Assembly (NCBI GenBank): GCA_963514005.1
Contig: OY740794.1
Coordinates: 20,274,001 to 20,338,000 of the forward strand
Source: Raja brachyura
Taxonomy: Eukaryota
Length of the DNA: 64,000 nucleotides
Reading direction: 5' to 3'
Below, piece after piece: positions 1 to 11,369 of the stretch. The notes beneath the pieces are model-generated. The model ran no database searches. It was not told the DNA's origin and saw nothing but the letters and a program-made list of their open reading frames with translations. Every line of letters begins with the position of its first letter. The stretch's first letter is position 1. The position numbers and the translations under genes are program-made.

Positions 1-350
1 ACTGAATGGTGGGGATAGGGGGGATGGTGGGGGTAGGAGGCGATGGTGGGGGTAGGGGGTGTATGTGAGAGTGGGTGGTGTGAGCACCCACTCGTGGAAC
101 ACAGAACACAGCCACTGCTTGCAAAACACAGTCCCTGCTCACAAAACACAAACCCGCTCGCACTTTGCTCATTACGCTCCTTCAGCTTTATTCTCGCCGC
201 TGGTGATTGATAGCGGGTGCCGGAAGGGGTGTCGCCGTCATGGCGAATAACAGACCAATAACTTTTCTAATATTTCACCGATAGAACAAAACTTATTTGA
301 TTTGCAGCAGAACAGAATAGTGAGTAAGCTGGCAAAAAATCGTAGATATA
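1..350 (-). mobile_element. Probable non-autonomous Helitron-family fragment, cut by the window start
   Basis: The reverse complement contains gattttttgccagcttactcac, resembling gatttttggccatcttactcag in the Helitron at 50534-52233. The G-rich tract at 1-75 mirrors the C-rich tracts inside the + strand Helitrons. Termini are not seen. Confidence 0.4.
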
Positions 351-770
351 GACAGATAGACAGAGAGATAAAATCACGAGGGGCATAGACAAGGTGAATG
401 GTCAGAATCTATTTCCCAGAGTCTAAAATGAGAGGGCTTAGATTTAAGGTGAAGAGGACCTAATGCCCCTGTCCCACTTAGGAAACCTGAAAGGAAACCT
501 CAGGAGACTTGTGCCCCACCCAAGGTTCCGGTCACTCTCCCTAATGGTGGAAATGGTTTCCGCATAGTCGAGGTTTCTTCTATGTTCTTTCAAAATTATT
601 TCAAAACTATGTTCTTTCAAAGTTATTTAAAAAAACAAAACTGGCCTCAACTAAAAATAGCTTGCCGTTTGGTCAAAGCCAGTGGAGTGGGGTTGCTATT
701 TACTTACAGGCAGTCGAAGGCAATCTCCTTTGCTGACCGGCCATTTTGATTGGCTCATTGGAGATTTCAG

Positions 771-792
771 CAAAGATCCTGTCGGATCTTTG
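771..792. mobile_element. 22-bp palindromic TIR-only insertion (hAT-like)
   Basis: CAAAGATCCTGTCGGATCTTTG is flanked by GATTTCAG / GTTTTCAG (8-bp TSD, 1 mismatch). Confidence 0.7.
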
Positions 793-1005
793 GTTTTCAG
801 AACCTAGAAGATCTGCCTAGAAGATCTCTGTCCTTCTCTCCCATTCTTTCCCCTTCTCTCCCTCCCTCCTGCGCTCTCTAAAGGACTTACTGTGCTCTGT
901 GACAGCCGTTTACCTTCCTCTTCATCATGCAGACAGCGCTCCTCCGCTGTTCCTGGCCCCCACCTTCACGATGTATTTGTGTGTGTGTGTGTGTGCGGTC
1001 GGTAG

Positions 1006-1027
1006 CAAAGATCCTATAGGATCTTTG
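1006..1027. mobile_element. 22-bp perfect palindromic TIR-only insertion (hAT-like)
   Basis: CAAAGATCCTATAGGATCTTTG is flanked by GTCGGTAG / ATCAGTAG (8-bp TSD, 2 mismatches). Confidence 0.7.
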
Positions 1028-2243
1028 ATCAGTAGATACAGCTCACGTTTCAGTCGAGGCTCTCCAGGCAAGTGACCAAAACCTCTGGTGACTCATGGAG
1101 AGTGACCGGAACCTCCAGGAACCTCACGAAAACCTTGGGTGGGGCGCAAGGTCTCCAGAGGTTTCCGTTCAGGTTTCCTAAGTGGGACAGGGGCATAAGG
1201 GACAACTGTTTCACACAAAGGGTGGTAGGTATGTGGGATGATGCTGCCAGAGGATGTGGTAGAGGTGGGTGCAATTACAGCATTTAAAACCCATTTGGAC
1301 AGGTTCTTGGATAAATATGGTTTAGAGGAACATTGGCCACACACGGGCAAACAGAACTAGCTAAGGTTGGCATCTTGATCGGCATGGATAAGTTGTGATG
1401 AGAGGCATATTTCCATGTTGTATGACTCTATGAGGATAACAATGGGGATATAGGAAAAAAAATAGGGATGCAGGGAGTGAATGCCATCACTTTCAAAGAA
1501 ATAGCACAGGCAGAATGGGCACATTGATTTCCTCTGGGAGATTCTGTGACCATAAAGCATATAATAACTAATGCCACCCTACCATGCAAAATCAGATTTA
1601 CCACTTGAAAGAAGCATGAATATTTCTTTATTTATAAAGTTAGTTGAACTAAATTCTGAATGTACAGTCACTTTCCCAATGCCAATGATCAAACCAGACT
1701 ATGGAGAAAATGTTTTGCCTTCTTCTCTCTATTGCCAACAGTGAAATATCATCATAAACTGGGATATTAACATTTTAATTTTTTACCTTGCTTTCTAATT
1801 CCATTTCAAACTAATTATCCATTCAATAACCAAAAATGTTTTATAAATCCACTGCCTTGAGGGAGAAAATGTTCTTTCTAATCTGTCGCATTCCAAAACA
1901 TTAATTCTAAACGTCATTTTGCAACTCTCAGTCAATAATTTATTTTATTGACAATATCTGAGTTTTGCAGCATTTGGGAGGTGAAGCAGATATTGAGACA
2001 CATTAATAGACTTGCTGCAAGTGATAATGAAATGAGGTGCAAAAATGGAAAATTGTTGGTTGAATTCCTACTGAGGATGAAATGTTTAAAATTAATAAGC
2101 CTTAATTATGTCAGACATTAAAAACACAGTTTATTTTATGTTTTTTTTGTGGGGGGGGGGGGGGGGGGAGGGGAGGGGGCGGGCACTCTACATATTGAAC
2201 AGACTCCTATCCAGCAAAGGATAGGAATCACTATCTCACAATA

Positions 2244-2660
2244 CAGGTCCACCACTGATTTTCCAGCAACTGGTAGCCTGGAACCATCTTTAATCCGGAC
2301 AAAATTATGAGAGCTCACTTGAAATCCCTTCCAGAAGTCTCCCTGAAAATGTCATGCCCAGGCCAGGTGATACAGCCAAACTCAACATTGGAACATCCAT
2401 GGCTAACCTGTAGATTGAATTTGGCCGCTGTGGCCAGTGCTCTAGGATTCCGTCCCGGCCGGAAACCAGCAGATCTGTTCTCATATCCGACTTCTGAGGC
2501 AGAATTTATGGGCTGATATCTTGGCTTCCCGGTGGCCTAGGTGGACCGTCCCAGTTCCTAAACACTCTTCTCCGAGGCTGTGACCTCTGTTGGCTCGGCA
2601 AAATTAATAATCAAGAAAGGCTCTGGAAGCGAGGGTGCTGGAAAATCGGTAATGAACCTG
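2244..2660. mobile_element. Tc1/mariner-pogo (Tigger-like) MITE
   Basis: TIRs CAGGTCCACCACTGATTTTCCAGCA / TGCTGGAAAATCGGTAATGAACCTG, with TA on both sides. Confidence 0.75.
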
Positions 2661-2989
2661 TACTACCCATCTATGATACTCCCAAAATAGAAGGGTAGAC
2701 CTGAGTCAAAATGAAGAAATTTGCCAGATATCTTTCACCAATGTTGTCCATTACATGAATGGAGCACTACCAATATCTTGTTCAATATTTCTTCCAAAAG
2801 CAGACAAATATGTGTTTTCATTTGGGAATTTAGAGGTAAATTGTCCCATCTAATGGGTTAATGCATAAAGTCTTGCAAAGGTGATGTTACATTGTAGTGA
2901 ATTAAAGCATTACTAGAAGCGGCAACAATGTGTAACGGTAAATGGAAATTATCTGGACGTTAGCTGGGCATTTGTTTAGCAAAACTGAG

Positions 2990-3990
2990 ACATTTGCATT
3001 TCTCTAATTTCAAGTAATCCCTACATTTCCTCTCTGCCCCCTCCCCACTCTAGTCATCATACTATTCCACTGTTCCCATCCCTTGTATCCATTTATTATC
3101 ATCTCTTCCTCAGCCAACAATGGGCCATTATGGGCTCCACCCTTCCTTGGTCAGATTGCCGGCCCTGGTTTATTCATGGCCTTTTCTTACCTCCAGTTCC
3201 GTCCCCTTCGACGCAGACCCGGTGGGCCGAAGGGCCTGTTTCCGCACTGTATCTCTAAACTAAACTAAACTAAACTAAAGAGGTGTTCAGCCGGTCAGCT
3301 GTTCTATCTTTCTATAAGATCATGGCTAACCTTCAGTCTCAGTAGCACTTTACTGCACACGCTTTGTATCCCTTTATATCCTCTGTATCGAAAAAGTTTA
3401 TCATGCACATATTGTTTGGACAGTCTCTCCTTGTAGTAACTCATTAAGTGATGTACTACACTTAGAACATAGAACATTACAACATCTATCCATGTTCTCC
3501 AGGGATGTGGCCTGACCCGCTGAGTTACTCTAGCATTTTATGTCTGTCTTTAGTATAAACCAGCATCTGCAGTTCCTTCCTACACATTGTAATCATGCAT
3601 GGACTTTCCGCTGACTGGATAACGCGATCCAAAAAAGCTTTTCACTGTACTTCAGTGCACGTGACAATAAACTAAACTAAACTAAACTAAACAGGCCCTT
3701 TGGACCACAATATCTGCACCGAACATAATGCCAAGTTAAACTAATCTATTTTACCTGCACATGATCCATATCCCTCCATTATCTGCTTATCCAACCATGA
3801 GCCTATCTAAAAGCTTATCATATTCGATCATATCAGCCTCCACCTGTGGCAACACATTCCAGGCACTCACCATCTGCATAAAAATACTTGCTGAGCACAT
3901 ATCCTTTAAATTTTGCCCCTCTCATCTTTAAGCTATGCCCTCTAGTCTTTGACATTTCCACCCTGGGATAAAGGTTCTAACTCTCTACCT
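2990..3990. repeat. Cluster of Penelope 3' remnants, an HE1 SINE tail ((ctaaa)n) and a minus-strand CR1 3' fragment
   Basis: PLE-like segments at ~2990-3200 and 3485-3590, SINE tail at 3215-3278, CR1 tail at ~3690-3990. Confidence 0.55.
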
Positions 3991-5077
3991 TAAAGATTTT
4001 CTTAAAGTTTTCATCTAAGACAACCAATTTGTTACAACCAAGGAGAATCTATTACCTGCAAGGGTACTAAATATTTTAAGGCAGACTAATTTTAATGTTA
4101 AGACTTACAATTGTAATAATTATGATTAATAAAAGATTTGAGGACAATGATTCGGTTTATATATTAAGCTGCTGTATAACCTCCATTGATTACTCCAATG
4201 GATGCATCAGTTATAAACATGTTACATATAAGTATATATATTTTATCAACAGGTACAATGCATGTTCGTTCTGTTAGTTTCACGTTTCTGCTTCTGTTTC
4301 TTACATCTGGTTTAGTTCTCCATTGTCTGATCAGGTCAACAAATAGCTTTCTATTAAAGCTTTTAGAGGCAAAAGTGTCAAGTGTTGTGCAAGATGGGAG
4401 ACCTTTATTTCAATGTGGAAAATGGCAGCACAGTGATATATTATTATGTATGTCTTTTGATTTTCGATTAGGGTGTCTATGTGCTTGTATGAAATTGATG
4501 TAAACATCTCAGCCTTGCCCATGACTGCATGTCCTTCTCATCGTATTTAGAGATGATGTGTTTCAGATAACCATTCCACTAGAAAATATTCAAAAGGTGA
4601 CCCGACCGTGAAAGTTTTGAATAATGGCATTTTGTATGGGTTATTCAGATGGGTCAGACTTGAATATTACCAGTGCTTTTAAACTACTCATCACAGATCC
4701 ACCATATCGTTACGCAAAGTATCAACAAATACTTCCATGTTCCCTGCTTTGGGAAAATAGCAAGTATAACATTCCAGTTATTTTTCTGTGTGTGAAAATC
4801 ACTCCTGTTCATACTGACTTGGAATGTCCAGGGGAGATTTGTAAGAACATTGCCAAGGCTGGAGAATGATGGTTATAAATATGGCATATGTTTACTTGTT
4901 ATAGGTATTAACAACAGAACAATAAAATTATTACTTGCAGATGGATAACAGGCCTGTAAATGTAAAACACACAGATACATAAAATATATATATTTTTAAA
5001 TCAATACATAGCTGTGATACTAGTGCAAAAAAAAGTCCCTATGCAACGCAAGACAAAGTTTATAGAATATGTACGCG

Positions 5078-5380
5078 GAGGCACAGTGGCGCAGCATGGT
5101 GACTCAGTGGTGCAACAGTAGAGTTACTACCTTACAATGCAGGAGATCTGGGTTCAATTCTGACTACAGGTGCTCTCTGTATGGAGTTTGTACGTTCTTT
5201 CTGTGACCGCGTGGGTTTCCTCCAGGTGCTTCAGTTTCTTCCCACACTCCAAAGACGTACAGGTTTGTAGGATAATTGGCTTAGGTAAATATTGTAAATC
5301 ATACCTAGTGTGTAGGATCGTGCTAATGTAAAGGGTTCACTGATCGGCGTGGACTCGGTGGGCTGAAGGACATGTTTCCA
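5078..5380 (+). mobile_element. HE1-type tRNA-derived V-SINE
   Basis: tRNA-like head (ggcacagtggcgcagc...gggttcaattc) and V-domain gtttgtacgttc...gtgggtttcctccaggtgcttcagtttcttcccaca. Confidence 0.85.
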
Positions 5381-5479
5381 TCAGGAAGGAACCGCAGATG
5401 CAGCTGTCCCCGCAAAACGCCAAATGATTCTGGAAATGCCGAGGCGAGAGGGTGAGAGAGAGGGAGTGAGAGAGCAAGT

Positions 5480-5878
5480 GAGATCCAGAGGACGGATTCG
5501 GATCCCAACTATGCCTCGCTGAGACCACGCCAGAAGTTTCAAACCTACGGCCCCCTCTAGTTCGAGCCACGTGGACCAAGATACCCCATTGTAAACAACC
5601 ACGTTCGCTACTTTGACTGGAAGTTCACGTTCTGCCACAGTCCCACCAGCAGTTCACAGCTGTTTGATATCCGCTTTAGGAAGGAGCGGGTGGTCTACGA
5701 GTTGAGCGTCCAGGAGGTGAACTCCGTTTACGGCGGAGAGACGCCATGTCTGATGAGGGCCAAGTTCTTAGACAGTCATTATGGAATTGGGAAAAGTTCC
5801 AATGAGCTGGTGAAAGATGTGGACTGCCCTTACAGCGCCACTTTCCTCCACACTCTCCATCTCATGGAGACTGGAAAC
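5480..5878 (+). pseudogene. Copper amine oxidase (AOC1/AOC2/AOC3 family) gene fragment
   Basis: One frame reads DPNYASLRPRQKFQTYGPL*FEPRGPRY...WKFTF...QLFDIRFRKERVVYELSVQEVNSVYGG...YGIGKSSNELVKDVDCPYSATF. This matches AOC3 PLQFYPQGPRF...[20 protein letters not shown]...GVDCPYLATY. In-frame TAG at 5558-5560; truncated at both ends. Confidence 0.88.
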
Positions 5879-6400
5879 CAAAGATCCTATAGTGGAGCAA
5901 GATAGTCCACTCGACGAAAAAGCCGTAGTAGGGTTATGGGTAATCTTCAGCACCATTTCCGTAACCGGCTTCCGTCTCTGCTCTAGTAACTGCTTTAGTC
6001 ATGGCTTCTTCATGCACAAATCATCTTTTTGTTTCTCAGCTGCAGGTGATCATTTTGATATTCCTGCCTGGTCCTCCTTATTAACTTTGAGCATACAAAA
6101 TATTGCCATTTGGAAGGAGCTCCAGAAAATCATACACCTACTCAAACCATCCTTCCCCCTCCCCCCGCACCTTCCCTCCGACATGGATACAAATCGCCGC
6201 CCCCCTTTTTTTTGTTAAACATCTATTTCCTTTGGGTGTTTTTTTTAAATACCCCCCTTACTATTTCCATACTTTTTCGATAGATGCCATGAAACATTTG
6301 ATGTCATCCTTCACACTGCTCCTGGTCTCTGCCCGCACCAATCTGCCGGACATGTTGTGTGTGTGCATGTGTGTGTGTGTGTGTGTGTGTTTGTTTGGCA
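5879..6400. mobile_element. Probable end of a hAT-like non-autonomous DNA transposon
   Basis: Begins CAAAGATCCTATAG, identical to the arm of the 22-bp palindromes, exactly where AOC homology stops. The other end was not identified and the extent is uncertain. Confidence 0.45.
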
Positions 6401-6433
6401 GAGTCTGAAGGGAGAAGCACCGGCACCGAGAGT

Positions 6434-6698
6434 GAGTGAACGCGCAGATAGACGGACGAAAGCAACGATCATAGAGCGTAATATGTGACATGTCAGGTCA
6501 AGACCCTTCTTCAGACTGACAGTCAAGGGAAAGGGAAATGGGAGATATAGGCATATCTTCCATTCATTTGTCCTTAGTACCGTCTATATCACTTGTTCCT
6601 CCTTCCCCTGACTCAGTCTGAAGAAGGGTCTCGACCCGAAATGTCATCTATTCCGTTCTATGATCGTTGCTTTCGTCCGTCTGTCCACGCGTTCGCTC
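6434..6698. repeat. 45-bp inverted repeat enclosing inverted Penelope pLTR fragments
   Basis: Arms at 6434-6478 and 6654-6698 match at 40/45. The interior has cccttcttcagactga and tcagtctgaagaagggtctcgacccgaaatgtca. Confidence 0.75.
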
Positions 6699-7829
6699 CC
6701 TTGGATTAAGTAGTGCAGGATAAATCTGCAAATTCATGCACAGGATGGAAACTGGAAACTGAAAAGTAGGGGAACGCCATCCCCCTGCGTACCTCCCCAT
6801 TTCCATCACTTATGGTACGTTATGATGAAGTCTCCTCTCTAGCTTCCAGACTCAAGTGAACGTAAGCGTAATTGAGCAAAACATGAAGTGCTGTAGTAAG
6901 TTCAAGATTTGCTCAAGATTCCTGCAACTGCAGTTCTCTGTTTCTCCATAAGCCTAATTGACCCAATCTTTCTTCATTCATCTGTTCTGCTATCGCAAGA
7001 ATCAGTCTAATGAGCTTTCACTGAATTTATTTCACATAAAGAACATCTATGCTCAGAAAAAGAAACTAAAACTGTGCACAATACTCAGGGCACAGGCTCA
7101 CCAAGGCCCTGCACCATTGAGAAAGGACATCCTTGCCCTATTCTTAAATCCCAAGGAGACGCTATTTAGACCTGGGCTGTTTTCTTTGCAACTTTAGGAG
7201 ACTGTTAGGAAGTTTACTTGAGGTGTATGAAATTAAAATATTTCTAGATTTGGTAAAAAAAAAAATAGGACCTCACCAAGGAGGTCTGTACTAAAGGGGA
7301 TGCAAGAGACAGTGGATAGTGGAATCTTGAACAAAAGACAAACTGCTGGAGGGAACTCAACAGTTCAGGTAACATTTGTGGAGGGAAATGGAAAGAAGAT
7401 ATTTTGCGTTGGGACACTTCTGTTTGAAGATCAGTACTGAACTTAAACGTCATCTGTCCATTTCCCTCCACAGATTAGTTGACCTGTTGAGTTCAACCAG
7501 CCATTTCATTTTTGTTCAGTAATTAGGGGGCATAGATTTAAATCAGTTAAATAGTTGAAGGATTAAAGTGAAATAGAGCAAAAAAAAATCACTGGATCTT
7601 ATTGCCTGAAAAGCCAGTTCAGGGAAAAGCTCAGCCTCAGCTAATAAATACCTAGGTACCACTTGACTAGATGTAATCTGCAGGGCTATGGAGCAAATGC
7701 TATAACATAGGATTAATTTAAAATCCTCTTTTGGCTGGAATGAACATGATGGACTGAATGGTCTCCTTTTATGATTCCACATTCATTCCGCTCCATGGTT
7801 GAAAGAGAAATCATTCATTTTCTGCATAG

Positions 7830-8520
7830 AGGGCGGCACAGTGGTGCAGCGGTAGAGTTGCTGCCTTACAGCACCAGAGACAGGGTTCGATCCTGACTAG
7901 GGGTGCTGTGTGTATGGATTTTGTACATTCGTAGGTTTCAAGTTCAAGTTCAAGACAGTTTGTAGTCAGGTGTCCCTGATAGGACAAAGACATTCTTGCT
8001 TTGCTTCAGCACAACAGAACATAGTAGGCATGAATTGTAGGTGAATTGGCTTCTGTAAATTGTCTCTAGTGTCATATTGTCATATAATCATACACCATGG
8101 AAACAGACCCTTTGGCCTAACTTGCCCACACAGATCAACATGCCCCATCTACACTAGTCCCACCTGCCTGCATTTGGCCCTTATCACTCTAAACTGGCCT
8201 TTCCATGAGCCTGTCTAAATGTTTCTTAAACGTACCATTGTACCTGCCTCAACTACCTCCTCCAGCAGCATGTTCCATACATCCACCATCCTTTGTGTAA
8301 AAAAGCTATGCCTCAGATTCCCATTAAATCTTTCCTCCCTCACCTTAAACCTATGTCCTCTGGTTCTCGATTCCCCTACTCTGAGCAAATGACTCTGTGT
8401 GTTTACCTAATCTATTCATTTCATGATTTTATTTGATAGCGTGTAGGATATAGCTAGTGAAAAGGTAATTACTTGTCAGTACGGACTCGGTGGGCCAAAG
8501 GGCTGTTTCTCTCTTCAGCC
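7830..8520 (+). mobile_element. HE1 SINE interrupted by a LINE tail and a minus-strand CR1 3' fragment (~8075-8430)
   Basis: SINE head at 7830; the body resumes at gtgtaggatatagctagtg...ggactcggtgggccaaaggg. Confidence 0.75.
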
Positions 8521-9844
8521 CTAAAACATTGCATAAAGATTGGTACTGATGGTATTGGCATTAAAAGCCCTTCAAAATGTCTCAACAACGTGAGCAAGAA
8601 CACAACTTAGCAAACGAAGAGGCATTTCCTTTATTTATAAAAAAAATACTATTGAATGCACAAGGTGCAACTGAATCATATCTAAAGAGAATCATGGCAT
8701 TATTGTCGCATAAAATCAAGTAACAGCCCATAAAGTACACCACAGTTGGAAAGCTGTCTTAGCATCGACCTGACAGACTTCTTAGTCTATAAACGAAGGG
8801 GCTGGTAATATATTCCTGTTCCTGATATATTTATGTATTTGTTTAAGAATCATTAAATAAATGTCATTTCCCTTGCTCCAGCATCAGTTATTACACACTG
8901 GTTTTACTTACTGCACACTGTATGACTCCCTTGAGTCTGTTTCACTGCACAAGAATGAACACATTCTTCACTTATGGTCAGTGGGATGTGGTTAATTTGA
9001 AATCACTTAAACTATTATATCTGTCAAGCACAGTTATTTTATTTTCAATTCACATCAATGTTTCAAGAGGCACACTTGGTTACTGGGTCAAACTGGCAGT
9101 TTAATTTCACCCCGCTTTCAGCAGCAAGGCATTTCATTCTTGCCTTTTATTTAGATGCTGCTGTGAAAAGTTAGTTATTTCCACTGCAAGCATTCATTTC
9201 AGCCAAAGTGCAACCTTAGATTTAGTCATGCAACAATCTTACAAATTGCTGCCTCTCGTTTTAAAAAGAATTATTAATTTGCAAACATCGGCTGAGGTTT
9301 TTTTGTTTAAAAACACACAAGATACTGCGGTTTCGCAACTAGTGATTTTTGAAGCAATTTTGGGAATTGACTGCTTCACAAGAATGCATTCACATGTAAA
9401 TATTTCTCGTCTTTCCGCCCCAATCCAAATCTGTCACCCCATCCCACTCAGAATGACATTCCATCTTCCTAAGCATCAACTCTCCAACTGAGAGGATGAC
9501 CTTAAGACATGCCTGGGCCATGTTGGTGCATTCTCAGCTGCTGGGAAACATTCGCTGGCACTCCACAGCAACCCCTCCCCATCACTGCCACCCTCCACCC
9601 ACCATAACTCTCGTGGCCCAGGTTTCTCAGATCTGCACAGCGCCTGTCCTTGCAAGGTAGCTGAGAACAGAAAGCCACCGCAGTGTGAGGGATGTGTCCT
9701 AACAGCTTGTGATGTGTTGCATTGCATGAGGGCGGGACACCTTTTGACAGACATCAAGCCATGGCATGCAAGGGATGCTTAGCTTTCCGTCTAAGGTTTT
9801 AGTTTGACCTGCATCGTATACAAGTGAGGAGGTGGCTTTACAAC

Positions 9845-10150
9845 CTTAGCGATACAGCGTGGAAACTGGTCCTTTGGCCCACTGAGTCCGCGCCGAGCTG
9901 AGTCAGCGATCACCCGGTACACTAGAACTATCCTACACACAAGGAACAATTTACAATTTACAGAAGCCAATTAACCTACAAACCTTTACATCCTTGGAGT
10001 GTGAGAGGAAACCGGAGCACCCAGAGAAATTTGACTATGCGGTCATAGGGAGAATGTATACACCCTGTACAGACAGCCCGTAGCCAGGATCAAACCCGGG
10101 TGTCTGGCGCTGTAAGGCAGCATCTCTACCAGTGCGCCACCGTGCCACCC
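9845..10150 (-). mobile_element. HE1-type SINE
   Basis: Reverse complement of the full HE1 pattern (ends gtgcgccaccgtgccaccc). Confidence 0.85.
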
Positions 10151-10357
10151 TAAATAACACTCCTCTGTGATGTGTACCACACGCAAAACATTTGTCCCCC
10201 TTGCTAGATCATTGTCACACAAAATGCGTCTAGCTGCAACTCCTGAACATACCTGTGACAGACCAGAACAATTTCAATATCACATTGTCTCTGATGTTAT
10301 GATTCCGTTCTTCCTTCTACATATTGTACAACACAAAGAGAGGCCATTTATCCTTTC

Positions 10358-10457
10358 AGTCTGAAGTAGGGTTCTGACCTCAAACATCACCTATTCCTTT
10401 TCTCCAGAGATGCTGCCTGACCCGCTGAGTTACTCTAGCATTCTGTGTCTATCTTCA
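10358..10457 (+). mobile_element. Short Penelope-derived unit with degenerate hammerhead motif
   Basis: agtctgaagtagggttctgacctcaaacatcacc...; flanked by ccatttatcct(t/c)tc direct repeats at 10344-10357 and 10458-10471. Confidence 0.7.
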
Positions 10458-10779
10458 CCATTTATCCTCTCTGTTCTGAGCTGGTGATTGTGTGCAGCAC
10501 TAACTATCTCCTTATTGATCACTATCAATATTTTCCTTTCCATCACACTTACTACACTCTCCACCCATGACTCCTGGCATTTGCTCAATTAATATTCCCT
10601 TACAGGCATCTATTCCTGCTTCTCAGAGTCATTTTTCTTGTGTGAGAACATACTCTTTCTCAGTGATTCAAGATTATAAGCACAATTTTCAGTCATTAAT
10701 AGAAGATACATAGACATAGAACAGTACAGTACGGGAACAATGTCTTTGGCCCACAGTGTCATTGCTTGATGCCAAGTTA

Positions 10780-11364
10780 AGCCTCAGTCCCACTTTCACA
10801 ACCTAATTGGCGATCTCTGCCGAGTTTGCCCGTGACTCACACTCACAGCATGGTCACCAGAAGGTCGTAGGAGGTCTTTGTAACTCTTCCTCATGCTCGT
10901 GAGTGGTCTCCACGTACTCGTGGCCTCAAGTAGGTCGTGGCGCTTTTTCCAGCCCGATATAAAATGTCCAGGAATTTAAAAAAAGTTGGCATGGAAAAAA
11001 TGGATACTTTTTACTCGTAGGTAGGTCGTATGTAGCTCGTAGTAGGTCATGATGGTGGGTCATAGGTAGTCGTAGATAGTCGTAGGTAGTCGTAGGTCGG
11101 TAACTGGCCTGAGTAAAAATGAAAACATGACATTATTTTATCATGTGATCATTTTCTACTCGTAGCTAGTCGCAGTTGGTCTTAGCTGTGGACGACTGAG
11201 GTCAACGGGAGTCGTAGGAGGTCGTAGACATCGTCATAGGAGGTCGTAGACATAGTCGTAGGAGGTCTTTTACTTCGGCGAGTCAACACGACCTTGACAT
11301 ATTTTTCAACTCATCTAAGGTCTTCTAAACTCATGGATTAGGTCGTCCTAGTAGGACAGGCCCT
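10780..11364. mobile_element. PIF/Harbinger-type MITE
   Basis: Imperfect TIRs AGCCTCAGTCCCACTTTCACAACCTAAT / ATTAGGTCGTCCTAGTAGGACAGGCCCT and internal (ggtcgta) repeats. Left TSD TTA is at 10777-10779; the matching TTA is displaced to 12808-12810 by the CR1 insertion. Confidence 0.8.
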
Positions 11365-11369
11365 TTGGA

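Larger units (their letters stand above)
464..1195. mobile_element. PIF/Harbinger-type MITE
   Basis: Long TIRs TGCCCCTGTCCCACTTAGGAAACCTGAA / TTCAGGTTTCCTAAGTGGGACAGGGGCA. The 3-bp TSD TAA lies at 461-463 and 1196-1198. Confidence 0.88.
372..1430 (+). mobile_element. CR1 LINE 3' fragment split by a Harbinger MITE
   Basis: CR1 ORF2-end and 3'UTR motifs (ttcacacaaagggtggtaggtatgtgg, FTQRVVGMW) join across the MITE at the TAA duplication. Confidence 0.75.

Noticed and set aside
5078-5165. tRNA-like A/B-box sequences
   Set aside because: They are SINE heads continuous with a V-domain and tail, not tRNA genes.
6752-6759. CTGGAAAC matching the 8 bp before the 5879 terminus (possible TSD)
   Set aside because: It is not preceded by a matching TIR and lies in a short local repeat (ggaaact).
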